DNA from: a virus
Taxonomy: Duplodnaviria > Caudoviricetes
Reading direction: 5' to 3' (one strand)
IMG/VR virus record: IMGVR_UViG_3300020043_001642
Span: 1-25,700 of that record
Length of the DNA: 25,700 nucleotides
The stretch's first letter is position 1; each line of letters begins with the position of its first letter. Positions 7,827-16,860 of the stretch are shown here, in pieces. The notes below the pieces were generated by a model. It was not told the origin of the DNA. It did not search any database and saw only the letters and a program-made list of their open reading frames with translations. Position numbers and translations under genes: made by a program.

Positions 7827-9374
7827 ATGGCAATTAACCCATTCCAAGCACCAATCAACTATGCAGTTGAAGTGCAAAGCCCATTTGAGGCCGCACTAGG
7901 TGGCTTCAAACTCGGTGCAGCTGGTGCAGAAGCACAGGCACAAGCACAGGCACGTGAGCGTGCAATGGCAGCACAAACAAAACTATCAGCTTTGTTTAAA
8001 AATCCAAATGCAACAGCTACAGACTATGCGGAAGCCTCTGCATTCTTACCAAAAGATCAAGCTGAGAATGTTCGCAAATCTTTCGAAATGCTTACAGCAG
8101 ATCAACAACAAAGTTCACTTCGAAATGCAGCTCAAGTTTATTCAGCAGTAAAGTCTGGTCAGATTGACATTGCAAAAAACATACTTAAAGAACAGGCAAC
8201 TGCATATAGAAATGCTGGACGTGAACAGGATGCTAAAGCAACTGAAAATTCCTTACAGTTGATTGAACTTAATCCAGCTGGTGCTCAAGCAACAATTGGA
8301 GTGATGACTGCCGTTCTTCCTGGTGGTAAAGATTTACTCGCTAATGTTGATAAAGCATTGTCAACTATTCGATCAGAAGCCAAAGCACCAGCAGAGTTAA
8401 CCCAAGCCATTGCAGCAGCCGATAAAGCCGTTGCAGATGCAACATCAGCTCAAGCCACAGCTGCTAACGCAGCAGAAAAAGCAGCAGCTGATGCAGCTAA
8501 AGCAACTGCGGATGCCAACAAAGCAAAAGTGCAAGCGAAATATGCAGAGCAAGTCGAAATTGCAGGATTAAACAAGATCAACTGGGACATCAACAATCTG
8601 CGCAGCCAAATTGGTGATCGTTCTGCACGTTTGAATCTTGACACTCAAAAGACAGCGGCAGATGTTGCTGCAAAAATGTCCGACATTCAGAAAAATCTGA
8701 CCGACATTCCAGCAGACACGCGCAAACTAATCAACGAATCAGCAGTATTGGCAGCAACATCCAAGCAATCAGCCGGACAGTTCAATGACTTGGCAAAGCG
8801 CCTTGATGAGGCTGGTGGTGGTTATGGAGTGTTCTCTAGCGCATCAGACTTCTTGAAAAAGGGTGCAGGTTTCCAAGGCGGTATGACGCAACTGCGTCAA
8901 GAATACACACGCCTTCGAAACACTGCGGCCATCAAGTCTTTGCCACCAGGCCCAGCCACAGATAAAGACATTGCAATGGCCCTGAAAGGCTTCCCAAGCG
9001 ATAATGCATCTGCTGGTGACTTGTCCAGCTTCTTGCGTGGCATGGCCAAATTGCAAGATGTTGACGCATCCATCAACAATGCCAAGACAGACTGGCTTGC
9101 TCAGAACAACGGAACGCTCACACGTGCCAAGAACACATTTGTTGCTGGCGACTATGCGACCAAGCCTGGTGAGACATTCAATGACTTTTCACAGCGCATC
9201 ATTGGAGATGTATCGAAAAAATATCGCTCACCAGAGCAGATTGCAGAAGACAGACGCCAGCAACTTGTTTCTCAAATTCCAACCAACCAAGCACAAGTGC
9301 CTGCGGCAGCAGCTGCGGCAGCGCCAGCAAATATTCGCTCACAGGCTGACGCAATCCTGCGCGGAGGTCAATAA
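7827..9374 (+). CDS. DNA ejection/transfer protein 2 (gp20 position)
   Basis: 515 aa, Ala/Gln-rich helical protein; LPPGPATDKD motif; synteny. Confidence 0.7.
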   Translation: MAINPFQAPINYAVEVQSPFEAALGGFKLGAAGAEAQAQAQARERAMAAQTKLSALFKNPNATATDYAEASAFLPKDQAENVRKSFEMLTADQQQSSLRNAAQVYSAVKSGQIDIAKNILKEQATAYRNAGREQDAKATENSLQLIELNPAGAQATIGVMTAVLPGGKDLLANVDKALSTIRSEAKAPAELTQAIAAADKAVADATSAQATAANAAEKAAADAAKATADANKAKVQAKYAEQVEIAGLNKINWDINNLRSQIGDRSARLNLDTQKTAADVAAKMSDIQKNLTDIPADTRKLINESAVLAATSKQSAGQFNDLAKRLDEAGGGYGVFSSASDFLKKGAGFQGGMTQLRQEYTRLRNTAAIKSLPPGPATDKDIAMALKGFPSDNASAGDLSSFLRGMAKLQDVDASINNAKTDWLAQNNGTLTRAKNTFVAGDYATKPGETFNDFSQRIIGDVSKKYRSPEQIAEDRRQQLVSQIPTNQAQVPAAAAAAAPANIRSQADAILRGGQ

Positions 9375-11297
9375 ATGGCAACAGCAGACGAATACGCAGC
9401 TTGGATCGTCAAGAATTCCGCAAAACGCGGAACGCCTGAGTTCGACACCGTGGCACAGGCCTATCAGCTTGCCAAGGCAGAAGAAACTACAGCAGTCACT
9501 CAACAACAAATTGCACCACCACCAGCACAGCCTAGCATTGGTCAACAAATTGTTGGTGCTGGCGAAACAGCCTTGACATTAGGAACTGGTGCAGTTGGTG
9601 GAACGCTTGGAACATTGGCTGGAACTCTGCAAGGATTGTCTCAACAAATTTTGTCAGGGAACTTTGGCACACCAGAAGCCATGCGTGCGGTCGAGAAGGC
9701 CGCATCCGAAGGAGCACAAGCGCTTACCTATCAGCCACGCACCCAAACTGGCCAAGAGCAGGTGCAGGCTGTTGGTCAAGTATTAGCCAATGTCTTGCCA
9801 CCAGTCCTGCCTGCAATCGCAGCTCCAGGCGCTGTTATGCAAGCTGCACGCACAGCAGCTCCAACCCTTGGCGCAGCAGGTCAGATCGCAGGCGCAGCAG
9901 GTCGTCGTGCAGCTACCGCAATAGGTCAAGCCATTGCCAAACCAGTACAGGCGGCCACAACAGCCGTTCGTGAGACTCTTGGCATGGAAGTAGCACCAGC
10001 ACCAGCACAAGCCGGTGCGCGTGTTTCAGCAGGTGCAGCAGCTACACCAGAGGCTTTGCGTCGAACAACTACTGCTGAAACCTTGCCAGTTCCAGTCACC
10101 CTTACCAAAGGCGCGGCCACCAGAGATGCCCAGCAATTGGCCTTTGAGAAAGAACAGATCAAAAGCGATCTTGGTGGACCACTACGCCAACGTGCTGAGG
10201 AAAACAACCTGCAAGCCTTGCAGAACTTTGACGCATTGGTCGACATGACAGATGCCCAGCTCATGGACTTGTCAAGCACAGGAGGTGCAGTCGTCAAATC
10301 CCTGACTGAAGGCCTGACCGCTGCCAAGAACAGAACTCGTGCAGCTTATAAAGCAGCCGAAAAAGCTGGCGAGTTGGAGAACAACGTCACCCTCAGCACT
10401 GTGGTGGACTACATCAATGAGAACATCCCAGAGGGCGACTTGGCCCCGATACTCAAAGCAGCACAACAGAAGGCCATTGCTATCGGTGCAGCAGTCCCAG
10501 ATGCAAATGGTAGGCTCGTGGCCCAGCCCATCACATTGAGACAGGCAGAAAGCCTGCGCCAGACATTCCAGCGTGCTGGGTTTGAAGGTGCAGATCAGTT
10601 CCACGGTGGAAGCCTAAAACGAGCATTTGATGTTGAGACAGAAGGCCTTGGTGGTGATCTCTACAAAAAGGCTCGTCAAATTCGCCTTGAACAAGCACGC
10701 AAGTTTGAAAATCGTGCCATTGTTGCTCGTCTTATCAAGAACCGAAAAGGCATGGAAGACCCACAGGTCGCAGCTGATCAAGTTTTCCGAAAGTCCATTC
10801 TGAACTCATCGCCAGAGGAAATCACGTTTTTGAAGCGTGTTCTTTTGACCAGCGGAAATGATGGCCAGCAAGCCTTTAAAGAGTTGCAGGGTGCCACCGT
10901 TCGCCATTTGCGTGATGAGGCCACTAAAGGCATGGGCATGGACTCGCAAGACCGTCCTTTGATCTCACCAGCTAAGTTGCACCAGTCTGTGCAAGCACTT
11001 GATGCCAATGGCCGACTCGATGTCATACTTGGAAAGAAAAACGCACAGGTTGTGCGTGACCTTGATGATGTCGTGCGCTACGTCACTACAGTGCCACCAG
11101 GCACACTGGTGAACAGCTCAGGCACAGCAGGAACACTTCTAGCAGCAATGGCAGAAGCAGGCGCGACAGGCGCACTAACTGGCCTACCATTACCGGTGGC
11201 ATCTGGCATACGTCAGATCATCAAAATGCGCCAAGAAGGGCGTACCAAGGCCAAGATAAATGAAGCCCTCAATGCATTGCCACAAGTGCAACCTTGA
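9375..11297 (+). CDS. DNA ejection/transfer protein 3 (gp16 position)
   Basis: 640 aa; Gly-rich hydrophobic segments near both termini; lies between ejection protein 2 and the tailspike. Confidence 0.7.
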   Translation: MATADEYAAWIVKNSAKRGTPEFDTVAQAYQLAKAEETTAVTQQQIAPPPAQPSIGQQIVGAGETALTLGTGAVGGTLGTLAGTLQGLSQQILSGNFGTPEAMRAVEKAASEGAQALTYQPRTQTGQEQVQAVGQVLANVLPPVLPAIAAPGAVMQAARTAAPTLGAAGQIAGAAGRRAATAIGQAIAKPVQAATTAVRETLGMEVAPAPAQAGARVSAGAAATPEALRRTTTAETLPVPVTLTKGAATRDAQQLAFEKEQIKSDLGGPLRQRAEENNLQALQNFDALVDMTDAQLMDLSSTGGAVVKSLTEGLTAAKNRTRAAYKAAEKAGELENNVTLSTVVDYINENIPEGDLAPILKAAQQKAIAIGAAVPDANGRLVAQPITLRQAESLRQTFQRAGFEGADQFHGGSLKRAFDVETEGLGGDLYKKARQIRLEQARKFENRAIVARLIKNRKGMEDPQVAADQVFRKSILNSSPEEITFLKRVLLTSGNDGQQAFKELQGATVRHLRDEATKGMGMDSQDRPLISPAKLHQSVQALDANGRLDVILGKKNAQVVRDLDDVVRYVTTVPPGTLVNSSGTAGTLLAAMAEAGATGALTGLPLPVASGIRQIIKMRQEGRTKAKINEALNALPQVQP

Positions 11298-11325
11298 GCG
11301 ACAATTCGACCAGGAGAACCAATAA

Positions 11326-13437
11326 ATGTCAGCACTTAGCATCCAGCCAACCTACCCGATCTTCACAGAGACGGATGGCTTGCCATTGGAGAACGGCTAC
11401 ATCTGGATTGGCACAGCCAACCTAGACCCCCAAGGCAACCCCATCAATGTCTATTGGGACGCTGCACTCACTATCCAAGCAGGACAGCCAATTCGAACAC
11501 TCAACGGCTATCCTTCGCGCAGTGGCACGCCTGCACGCCTGTATGTCAACAGCGACTACAGCATTCGAGTTCAAAACAGCAATGGCAGCATGGTGTATAG
11601 CGCACCCACTGCAACTGAGCGTTACAACGGCATCGTTGTTGACCTCGATGGCCCTGTAAGCATCACGGAATTTGGAGCTGTAGCAGGACAAGACAGCACA
11701 GCAGCGATTCAGTTGGCTGTTGATTCTGGGAACGAAGAAATCTATGTTCCAGATGGCATTTTTGACTATTCGGACACCATCAACATCACCAGCAAGGTGC
11801 GACTGTTTGGCCCCGGCACTCTGAATGAAACTGTGCTGCTTGACGCTGGCATCTTGGTGGCAAGCGTTGATGGTGTTCGTATTGAGGGCATCACGTTCAC
11901 TGGCCCTGAAACCCTTGCTGCATGGAACGCTGGTGGTGCCGCATACCGTCAAGCATTCAAAGCATTTATCAAGTTTGACACCTGCAAGAACGGCGTTGTC
12001 CGCGACGTAATCAGCAGTGGCAAGCGCGGCGTTGTGTGGCTAAACGATTGCCAGAAGATGCAAATTGATGCCAATCGCCACAATGGCTTCCTTGGCGACA
12101 TCACTAGCCCTGCACCAGATTCGAATTGGTACTCGTGCTTTAACGTTCAAGGCGGTCGTGAAAATCATCTCACCAACAACGAGGGTTATTCTTGCGGTTC
12201 CGTGGTGCTGTGTGCTTTGGATTCCAGTTTCAACATGGTCTCCAACACTACAGGCCGTGAATCACATGACAACTTCATCTACAACTCATCTGGCGATTAT
12301 TCGTCGTTTGTAGGCGGCACATTTGAGAACGGTCTTGGGTCTGGGGTAAAGGCTCGCGGCTCTGGTCACACGGTTTCTGGATTCACAATCAAAGGATGTG
12401 GAACAGGCTCGCCTTCTATTTCTTTAACAGGAAATGGTCTTGTACCAGATGCTTTTGGTGCGAATGGTTTTGGCACTGTTTGCTACGGGAACACAATCAC
12501 AAGTTCTGCTAGTCATGCGATTGCTGTTTCTGAGCAAGATGGCTTGCTTCCACGCGACTTCATTGTTGCAAACAATACGATTGAAAATCATCTCGGAACT
12601 TCTGGATTTTCAGCGATTATTGTTGGAGCTGAGCGAGGCATTAAGGTAGTCAACAACATTATTCGCGGCTCAACAGCCAGCTACGCCATAGGCGTGTTTG
12701 GCGTTACAGGAAATCGTGGATTTAATTTCGATGTGAGTGGAAACACGATCTCTGACTGTGTTGTTGGAATGAGAGTGCAAAACGTTGATGACTCACTCAT
12801 TGCAAACAACTCTGTGAACGCAAACAGTGGTGCTGCTTTTAATTTCCGACTCTGTGACAACAACTTCATTACTGGAAACAGGTCTGTCACTGGAACAGGA
12901 ATACAGTTGAGCGCTGTCCTTGGCGAAGAGTGCTACAACAACATCTGCGTCAACAACGATGTCCCAAACCAATCTGGTATGGCAGACAACGTGACTGCGT
13001 TGCCGATTGAATATGAAGTTGGAGTGTGGGCACCAACGTACACCACCACCGGGACTGATTTCACATCTGTGACCTACGATGCTGAAGTCCAGGGGTTCTA
13101 TACAAAACTCGGGCGTCTTGTAACCATCAGCGGATTCATCAGAACCGATGCAATCACTGTTGGCGGAGCAACAGGTGGTGTTGTTGTTGGTGGTTTGCCG
13201 TTTTCTGTAAGCAATGGAGGAAGTGGCGCAAGAAGCGCAGTCGCCATCTCACGGCTTGAGAACTTTGCTGGCGATTATCCATCAACCAGTTATTTGGAGC
13301 GCAACGAATCGTTTATCAGGCTGCAATACAGAGCCACATCAAATGGTGACGATGTAGCTTTAGAAATTGCCGACCTTGGGACTGGCGCAAACGCCAACGG
13401 GTTTGCATTTAGCGCGACTTATACAACCGATCTGTGA
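11326..13437 (+). CDS. Tailspike: P22-type head-binding N-domain plus parallel beta-helix (putative polysaccharide depolymerase)
   Basis: N-terminal DGLPLENGYIWIGTANLDP; VSITEFGAV...DSTAAIQLAVDS...IYVPDG beta-helix cap; many NN-I/GN-I rungs; AGGAG RBS. Confidence 0.88.
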   Translation: MSALSIQPTYPIFTETDGLPLENGYIWIGTANLDPQGNPINVYWDAALTIQAGQPIRTLNGYPSRSGTPARLYVNSDYSIRVQNSNGSMVYSAPTATERYNGIVVDLDGPVSITEFGAVAGQDSTAAIQLAVDSGNEEIYVPDGIFDYSDTINITSKVRLFGPGTLNETVLLDAGILVASVDGVRIEGITFTGPETLAAWNAGGAAYRQAFKAFIKFDTCKNGVVRDVISSGKRGVVWLNDCQKMQIDANRHNGFLGDITSPAPDSNWYSCFNVQGGRENHLTNNEGYSCGSVVLCALDSSFNMVSNTTGRESHDNFIYNSSGDYSSFVGGTFENGLGSGVKARGSGHTVSGFTIKGCGTGSPSISLTGNGLVPDAFGANGFGTVCYGNTITSSASHAIAVSEQDGLLPRDFIVANNTIENHLGTSGFSAIIVGAERGIKVVNNIIRGSTASYAIGVFGVTGNRGFNFDVSGNTISDCVVGMRVQNVDDSLIANNSVNANSGAAFNFRLCDNNFITGNRSVTGTGIQLSAVLGEECYNNICVNNDVPNQSGMADNVTALPIEYEVGVWAPTYTTTGTDFTSVTYDAEVQGFYTKLGRLVTISGFIRTDAITVGGATGGVVVGGLPFSVSNGGSGARSAVAISRLENFAGDYPSTSYLERNESFIRLQYRATSNGDDVALEIADLGTGANANGFAFSATYTTDL

Positions 13438-13664
13438 AGGGAATCACCGTGATCAAACAACTCACATCAATAAAAACGTCTGCTAACGGAACAGTGTTTT
13501 ACACGGCCATGTTGGACGACGGAGAAAATTTCAGAAGCAGTGTGTTTCCTGGCCAGAATGTTGATGGGCATCCAAGTGAAGTAGTGGATGTCTGTCTGAA
13601 GACATGGACGCCTGAAGTAATCTCTGCGTTCAAAGCATCAGTCAACGCACATCAGGAGTTATGA
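13434..13664 (+). CDS. Small tail-accessory/chaperone-like protein (start may be GTG 13449)
   Basis: GTGA overlap with the tailspike stop; similar to 14208..14450. Confidence 0.7.
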   Translation: MKGITVIKQLTSIKTSANGTVFYTAMLDDGENFRSSVFPGQNVDGHPSEVVDVCLKTWTPEVISAFKASVNAHQEL

Positions 13665-13665
13665 A

Positions 13666-14196
13666 ATGCTTAAGACAGTAGGAAATCCATCAACAAGGTA
13701 CGGTGACCAAACCATCATCAATGGCAATCTTGTCATTGGGACAGCAGGCAAGGGAATCGACTTCAGCGCCACGACAAGTGGTTCTGGAACGATGACAAGC
13801 GAGCTGCTTTCAGACTATGAGGAAGGCACGTTTACACCGACTGTGACGCAAGGATTCGATGCTCCAGTCACTTACACAACGCAAACAGGCTTTTATACAA
13901 AAATCGGGAACATTGTTTTTTTCCGCTTGTATCTGTACATGGCCTCTGGTCTTACACGAAACGCCAACAATGTGGGCATTGGTGGATTGCCATTTGCCGC
14001 CACAAGTGGATCGCAGGGCGGTGCTGTTCTTAATTATTGCAGCGGTGTGGTTGCTGCTGGTGGTGCGCTTCCCGTGATAATCATTGGGCCTACAGCGTTA
14101 ATCATGTACAACACTGGAGGTGGTGGATTTGCTGGCACGAGTCTGACAAGCGCCCGTCCAGAGATAACCGTCAGCGGTCATTACCGTGTTTCTTAA
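13666..14196 (+). CDS. Short tail-fibre-like protein
   Basis: SDYEEGTFTP...GFYTKIGNIV...IGGLPF motifs mirror the tailspike C-terminal domain; AGGAG RBS. Confidence 0.75.
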   Translation: MLKTVGNPSTRYGDQTIINGNLVIGTAGKGIDFSATTSGSGTMTSELLSDYEEGTFTPTVTQGFDAPVTYTTQTGFYTKIGNIVFFRLYLYMASGLTRNANNVGIGGLPFAATSGSQGGAVLNYCSGVVAAGGALPVIIIGPTALIMYNTGGGGFAGTSLTSARPEITVSGHYRVS

Positions 14197-14207
14197 AGGA
14201 GAATGAA

Positions 14208-14450
14208 ATGAGTGTTACACAAAAATCTGTCGTTGACATGATTGAAATTGTTGAAAGTGGTGCTGTTCAAGTGCGAACTGCAAACCGCATCCTTGACGAG
14301 AATGGATCTGTGATCAGCAGCTCTTTTCATCGCCATGTTGTTATTCCTGGCGACGACTACAGCAATGAAGATGCTCGCGTGCAAGCTGTTTGCGCAGCAA
14401 CGCACACGGCTGAAGTAATCGAAGCCTACAAAGCCGCACAAGGAGTCTGA
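14208..14450 (+). CDS. Small tail-accessory/chaperone-like protein (80 aa)
   Basis: AAGGAG RBS then ATG 14208 (MSVTQKSVVDMIEIVESGAVQVR...); the ORF-track extension to 14037 overlaps the upstream gene. Confidence 0.8.
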   Translation: MSVTQKSVVDMIEIVESGAVQVRTANRILDENGSVISSSFHRHVVIPGDDYSNEDARVQAVCAATHTAEVIEAYKAAQGV

Positions 14451-14451
14451 C

Positions 14452-14805
14452 ATGTCCACTAATTCACAAATCGCATTCACCCCCCTTGGCAATACCATAG
14501 TTGTGGCCGCAGCTGGCACTGCACCTGCTGGTATCCAAGCGCCTGTTTTTACAAAGTTTGATCCTCAGAACGCAGGCCAGTATCGTTTCATCAACAATGG
14601 CACGACCACCGTGTTCTTGGGCACTGGTGCAAGCGCAACAGAAGCTACAGCCAATACAGTGGCTCCTGTGGCTGGCACGCCATCAGCGGCTATCGTGTTG
14701 TTGCCTGGTGCAGTTGAAGTATTGCGCTTCAACAAAGACACATTCTTCAGCGGTCTGTCTAGCGCAGCTGCTACCGTCTACATTACGCCAGGCCAAGGCC
14801 TCTAA
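14452..14805 (+). CDS. Hypothetical beta-rich virion protein
   Basis: AAGGAG RBS; 117 aa ending YITPGQGL. Confidence 0.75.
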   Translation: MSTNSQIAFTPLGNTIVVAAAGTAPAGIQAPVFTKFDPQNAGQYRFINNGTTTVFLGTGASATEATANTVAPVAGTPSAAIVLLPGAVEVLRFNKDTFFSGLSSAAATVYITPGQGL

Positions 14806-14822
14806 TCGTGGAGACTGACGTT

Positions 14823-15038
14823 ATGGCAGTAGAAGGAAACGAGATCGACCTTGTCAAATATGGCGTGCTCTGGCAAAAAGTTCAGGACATGGACAAAAAA
14901 ATGGACAAGGTCGAGCGCCAGCTCGAAGAACTGGTGGCGCTGGCCAACAAAGGTCGTGGAGGCCTTTGGTTTGGCATGACCATAGTCTCTGGCGCTTCTG
15001 CTGTGGTTGGTTACTTCCTAAGTTATTGGAAGCATTGA
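14823..15038 (+). CDS. Coiled-coil plus single C-terminal TM protein (lysis-region membrane protein)
   Basis: GGAG at 14810-14813; heptad segment VQDMDKKMDKVERQLEELV then hydrophobic GLWFGMTIVSGASAVVGYFL. Confidence 0.7.
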   Translation: MAVEGNEIDLVKYGVLWQKVQDMDKKMDKVERQLEELVALANKGRGGLWFGMTIVSGASAVVGYFLSYWKH

Positions 15039-15043
15039 AATGA

Positions 15044-15328
15044 ATGCGCCTATTTTTGTTTCTACTGCTGTTGCTACTCTCAAAAGCTACGGCCAAAGAG
15101 TCCTGCATCGTCTCCGACTTCTATGGTCTAAGCTGGCTCGGAAACCCGAGTGAGCGCCACCAGCGTCTGTCTGAGTGGCTCACCACCAATGGGAAGAATT
15201 GCTCATCTGATCAGTTGGTAGGAATATGGAATAACCTTGCTTTATGGGCAGGCACAGCAGATAGCGCAGAACTACGACAAAAAATACTGTATTACTACGC
15301 AATGGCAGTTGAGAGGGAAAAGAAATGA
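15044..15328 (+). CDS. Putative exported protein with signal peptide
   Basis: MRLFLFLLLLLLSKATA N-terminus; two Cys; ATGA-coupled to the next gene. Confidence 0.65.
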   Translation: MRLFLFLLLLLLSKATAKESCIVSDFYGLSWLGNPSERHQRLSEWLTTNGKNCSSDQLVGIWNNLALWAGTADSAELRQKILYYYAMAVEREKK

Positions 15329-15561
15329 TCACCTTCGACAAATGGTATGGACTGGTGCAGCCAACTCATACTGCCACCCAGTTAGCCTTTGACAAGGCAG
15401 TCGAAAAGGTCCAAGAGGAATATCGTTACGCAATAGCGGCCAACAAACTAGAACTCAAAACGCTTGAGATGGAAGTCGAGCTGTACGACAAGAGAGCGCG
15501 ACAAAACACAATTGAGTTGGGTGCATTTGAAAACCGCAGGCGTTTTCAGATTTTTGTATAA
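15325..15561 (+). CDS. Hypothetical helical protein
   Basis: 78 aa, coupled to the upstream gene, GAGGG RBS. Confidence 0.65.
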   Translation: MITFDKWYGLVQPTHTATQLAFDKAVEKVQEEYRYAIAANKLELKTLEMEVELYDKRARQNTIELGAFENRRRFQIFV

Positions 15562-15567
15562 GGACGC

Positions 15568-15846
15568 ATGATGGACAAGCCAGTACGCAAACCGCGCCAG
15601 CCAGTGCCAGACACAAAAGACAAACTGACGCTATGGGTGACACTCATGGTCAGCACCACGCTATGCATCTCTGTGCTCTCTATGGTGTTTGCATTCATGC
15701 TTGGCCTGTGGGCCAAGGAAGTGGACAACGCTGAAATCTTCAAAATGATCAGCCCAGCATTCAGCACCCTGATTGGTGGCATGATCGGATTCTTGTCTGG
15801 CATCAAACTCATGCAAAACGAAGACAGCAAAAAGGACGCAAAATGA
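15568..15846 (+). CDS. Two-TM membrane protein (holin-like candidate)
   Basis: AAGGA RBS; two hydrophobic segments and charged termini. Confidence 0.7.
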   Translation: MMDKPVRKPRQPVPDTKDKLTLWVTLMVSTTLCISVLSMVFAFMLGLWAKEVDNAEIFKMISPAFSTLIGGMIGFLSGIKLMQNEDSKKDAK

Positions 15847-16250
15847 TTGGAATCGACGCACTTCTGAATGTGGGCGGCAAGCTCATCGACAAGCTAATCC
15901 CTGATCCAGAGGCCAAAGCCAAAGCGCAGTTGGAGTTGCAAAAGATGGCTCAGGACGGTGAGCTAGCTAAGATGGCCAACGAAACCAAACTTTATGAGGT
16001 TGAGCAAAACAATCTCACAGAGCGTGTCAAAGCTGACATGGCCAGCGACTCATGGATGTCCAAGAATATCCGTCCATTAACGCTTGTATTCTTGCTGGTG
16101 GCCTATTCTGGTTTTGCCATTGCATCGATTTTTGAATACGAAACCCGTGGCGCTTATGTCGAATTGCTTGGCCAATGGGGAATGCTCGTCATGTCGTTCT
16201 ACTTTGGTGGACGCACAATGGAAAAAATTGCTGACAAGGTGAAAAAATGA
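15843..16250 (+). CDS. 3-TM (GTA-type) holin-like protein
   Basis: GKLIDKLIPDP, SDSWMSKNIRP and MSFYFGGRTMEK motifs; immediately upstream of the endolysin. Confidence 0.8.
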   Translation: MIGIDALLNVGGKLIDKLIPDPEAKAKAQLELQKMAQDGELAKMANETKLYEVEQNNLTERVKADMASDSWMSKNIRPLTLVFLLVAYSGFAIASIFEYETRGAYVELLGQWGMLVMSFYFGGRTMEKIADKVKK

Positions 16251-16684
16251 ATCTCACACCACACTTCACACTCGAAGAACTGACATTCTCAGAGACCGCA
16301 GAACGCAACGGCTGGGACAACAGCCCAAATGACACCGAGCTGGCCAACCTGACGCGCCTGGCAGACTTTCTGGAGCAGGTGAAGGTGGTGCTGGGTGGCA
16401 AGCCGATCATGATCAGCTCAGGCCTGCGCACAAAGAAGGTGAATGATGCGGTGGGAAGCAAAGACACCAGCCAGCACAGACTTGGTTGCGCTGCTGACTT
16501 CAAGGTGCCAGGCATGACACCAGATGAGGTGGTGCGCAAGATCGTGGACAGCGGTATTGGCTACGACCAGATCATCCGCGAGTTTGATCGCTGGACCCAC
16601 ATCAGCGTGCCAAATAGCGAGGACACAAGCCCACGCAAGCAGGCGCTGATCATTGACAAGGCTGGCACCAGACCCTACGCATAG
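16247..16684 (+). CDS. Endolysin, peptidase M15 (Zn D-Ala-D-Ala/L-Ala-D-Glu peptidase-like)
   Basis: LTPHFTLEEL start; ISSGLR, SQHRLGCAAD (SxHxxGxAxD) and WTHIS zinc-ligand motifs. Confidence 0.9.
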   Translation: MNLTPHFTLEELTFSETAERNGWDNSPNDTELANLTRLADFLEQVKVVLGGKPIMISSGLRTKKVNDAVGSKDTSQHRLGCAADFKVPGMTPDEVVRKIVDSGIGYDQIIREFDRWTHISVPNSEDTSPRKQALIIDKAGTRPYA

Positions 16685-16860
16685 GTGGCCACCACAATCG
16701 CCACAAAAGCCATCCACAGCAGGCCAAGAATGGCGATCAACAGCCAATAAAAAAAGCGCCTGAGAAGGCGCTTAGATGTTGAAGGTTGCAAAGAACGAGC
16801 AACGCGCACAGGGCAGTCACGGCCCTGAGTGCAATTGCCGTATTCGTCGCAGCAGTTCAT
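16675..16860 (-). CDS. Small membrane protein with N-terminal Cys motif
   Basis: AAGGAG RBS; MNCCDEYGNCTQGRDCPVR plus C-terminal TM; overlaps the endolysin stop by 10 bp. Confidence 0.7.
   Translation of the reverse strand: MNCCDEYGNCTQGRDCPVRVARSLQPSTSKRLLRRFFYWLLIAILGLLWMAFVAIVVATYA
16749..16773 (-). terminator. Intrinsic terminator for the minus-strand arm (possibly bidirectional)
   Basis: AAGCGCCT-TCTC-AGGCGCTT stem ending in a T7 run on the minus strand; GAGA (GNRA) loop on the plus strand. Confidence 0.7.

Noticed and set aside
13000-14196. Duplicated fibre C-terminus as a diversity-generating retroelement TR/VR pair
   Set aside because: Similarity is at protein level only, not near-identical DNA differing at adenines, and no reverse transcriptase is present.
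5880-14211. Identical AAGGAGAATGAAATGA at 5880 and 14196 with an embedded Met-Lys-stop mini-ORF
   Set aside because: Adequately explained as a preferred RBS-spacer-start context; no evidence for a regulatory minigene.
427-16747. Many alternative-frame and antisense ORFs over the structural arm (e.g. 639-1292, 6224-6988, 9004-9576, 11422-11952)
   Set aside because: They overlap well-supported genes, lack RBS or recognisable motifs, and are expected shadows of biased codon usage.
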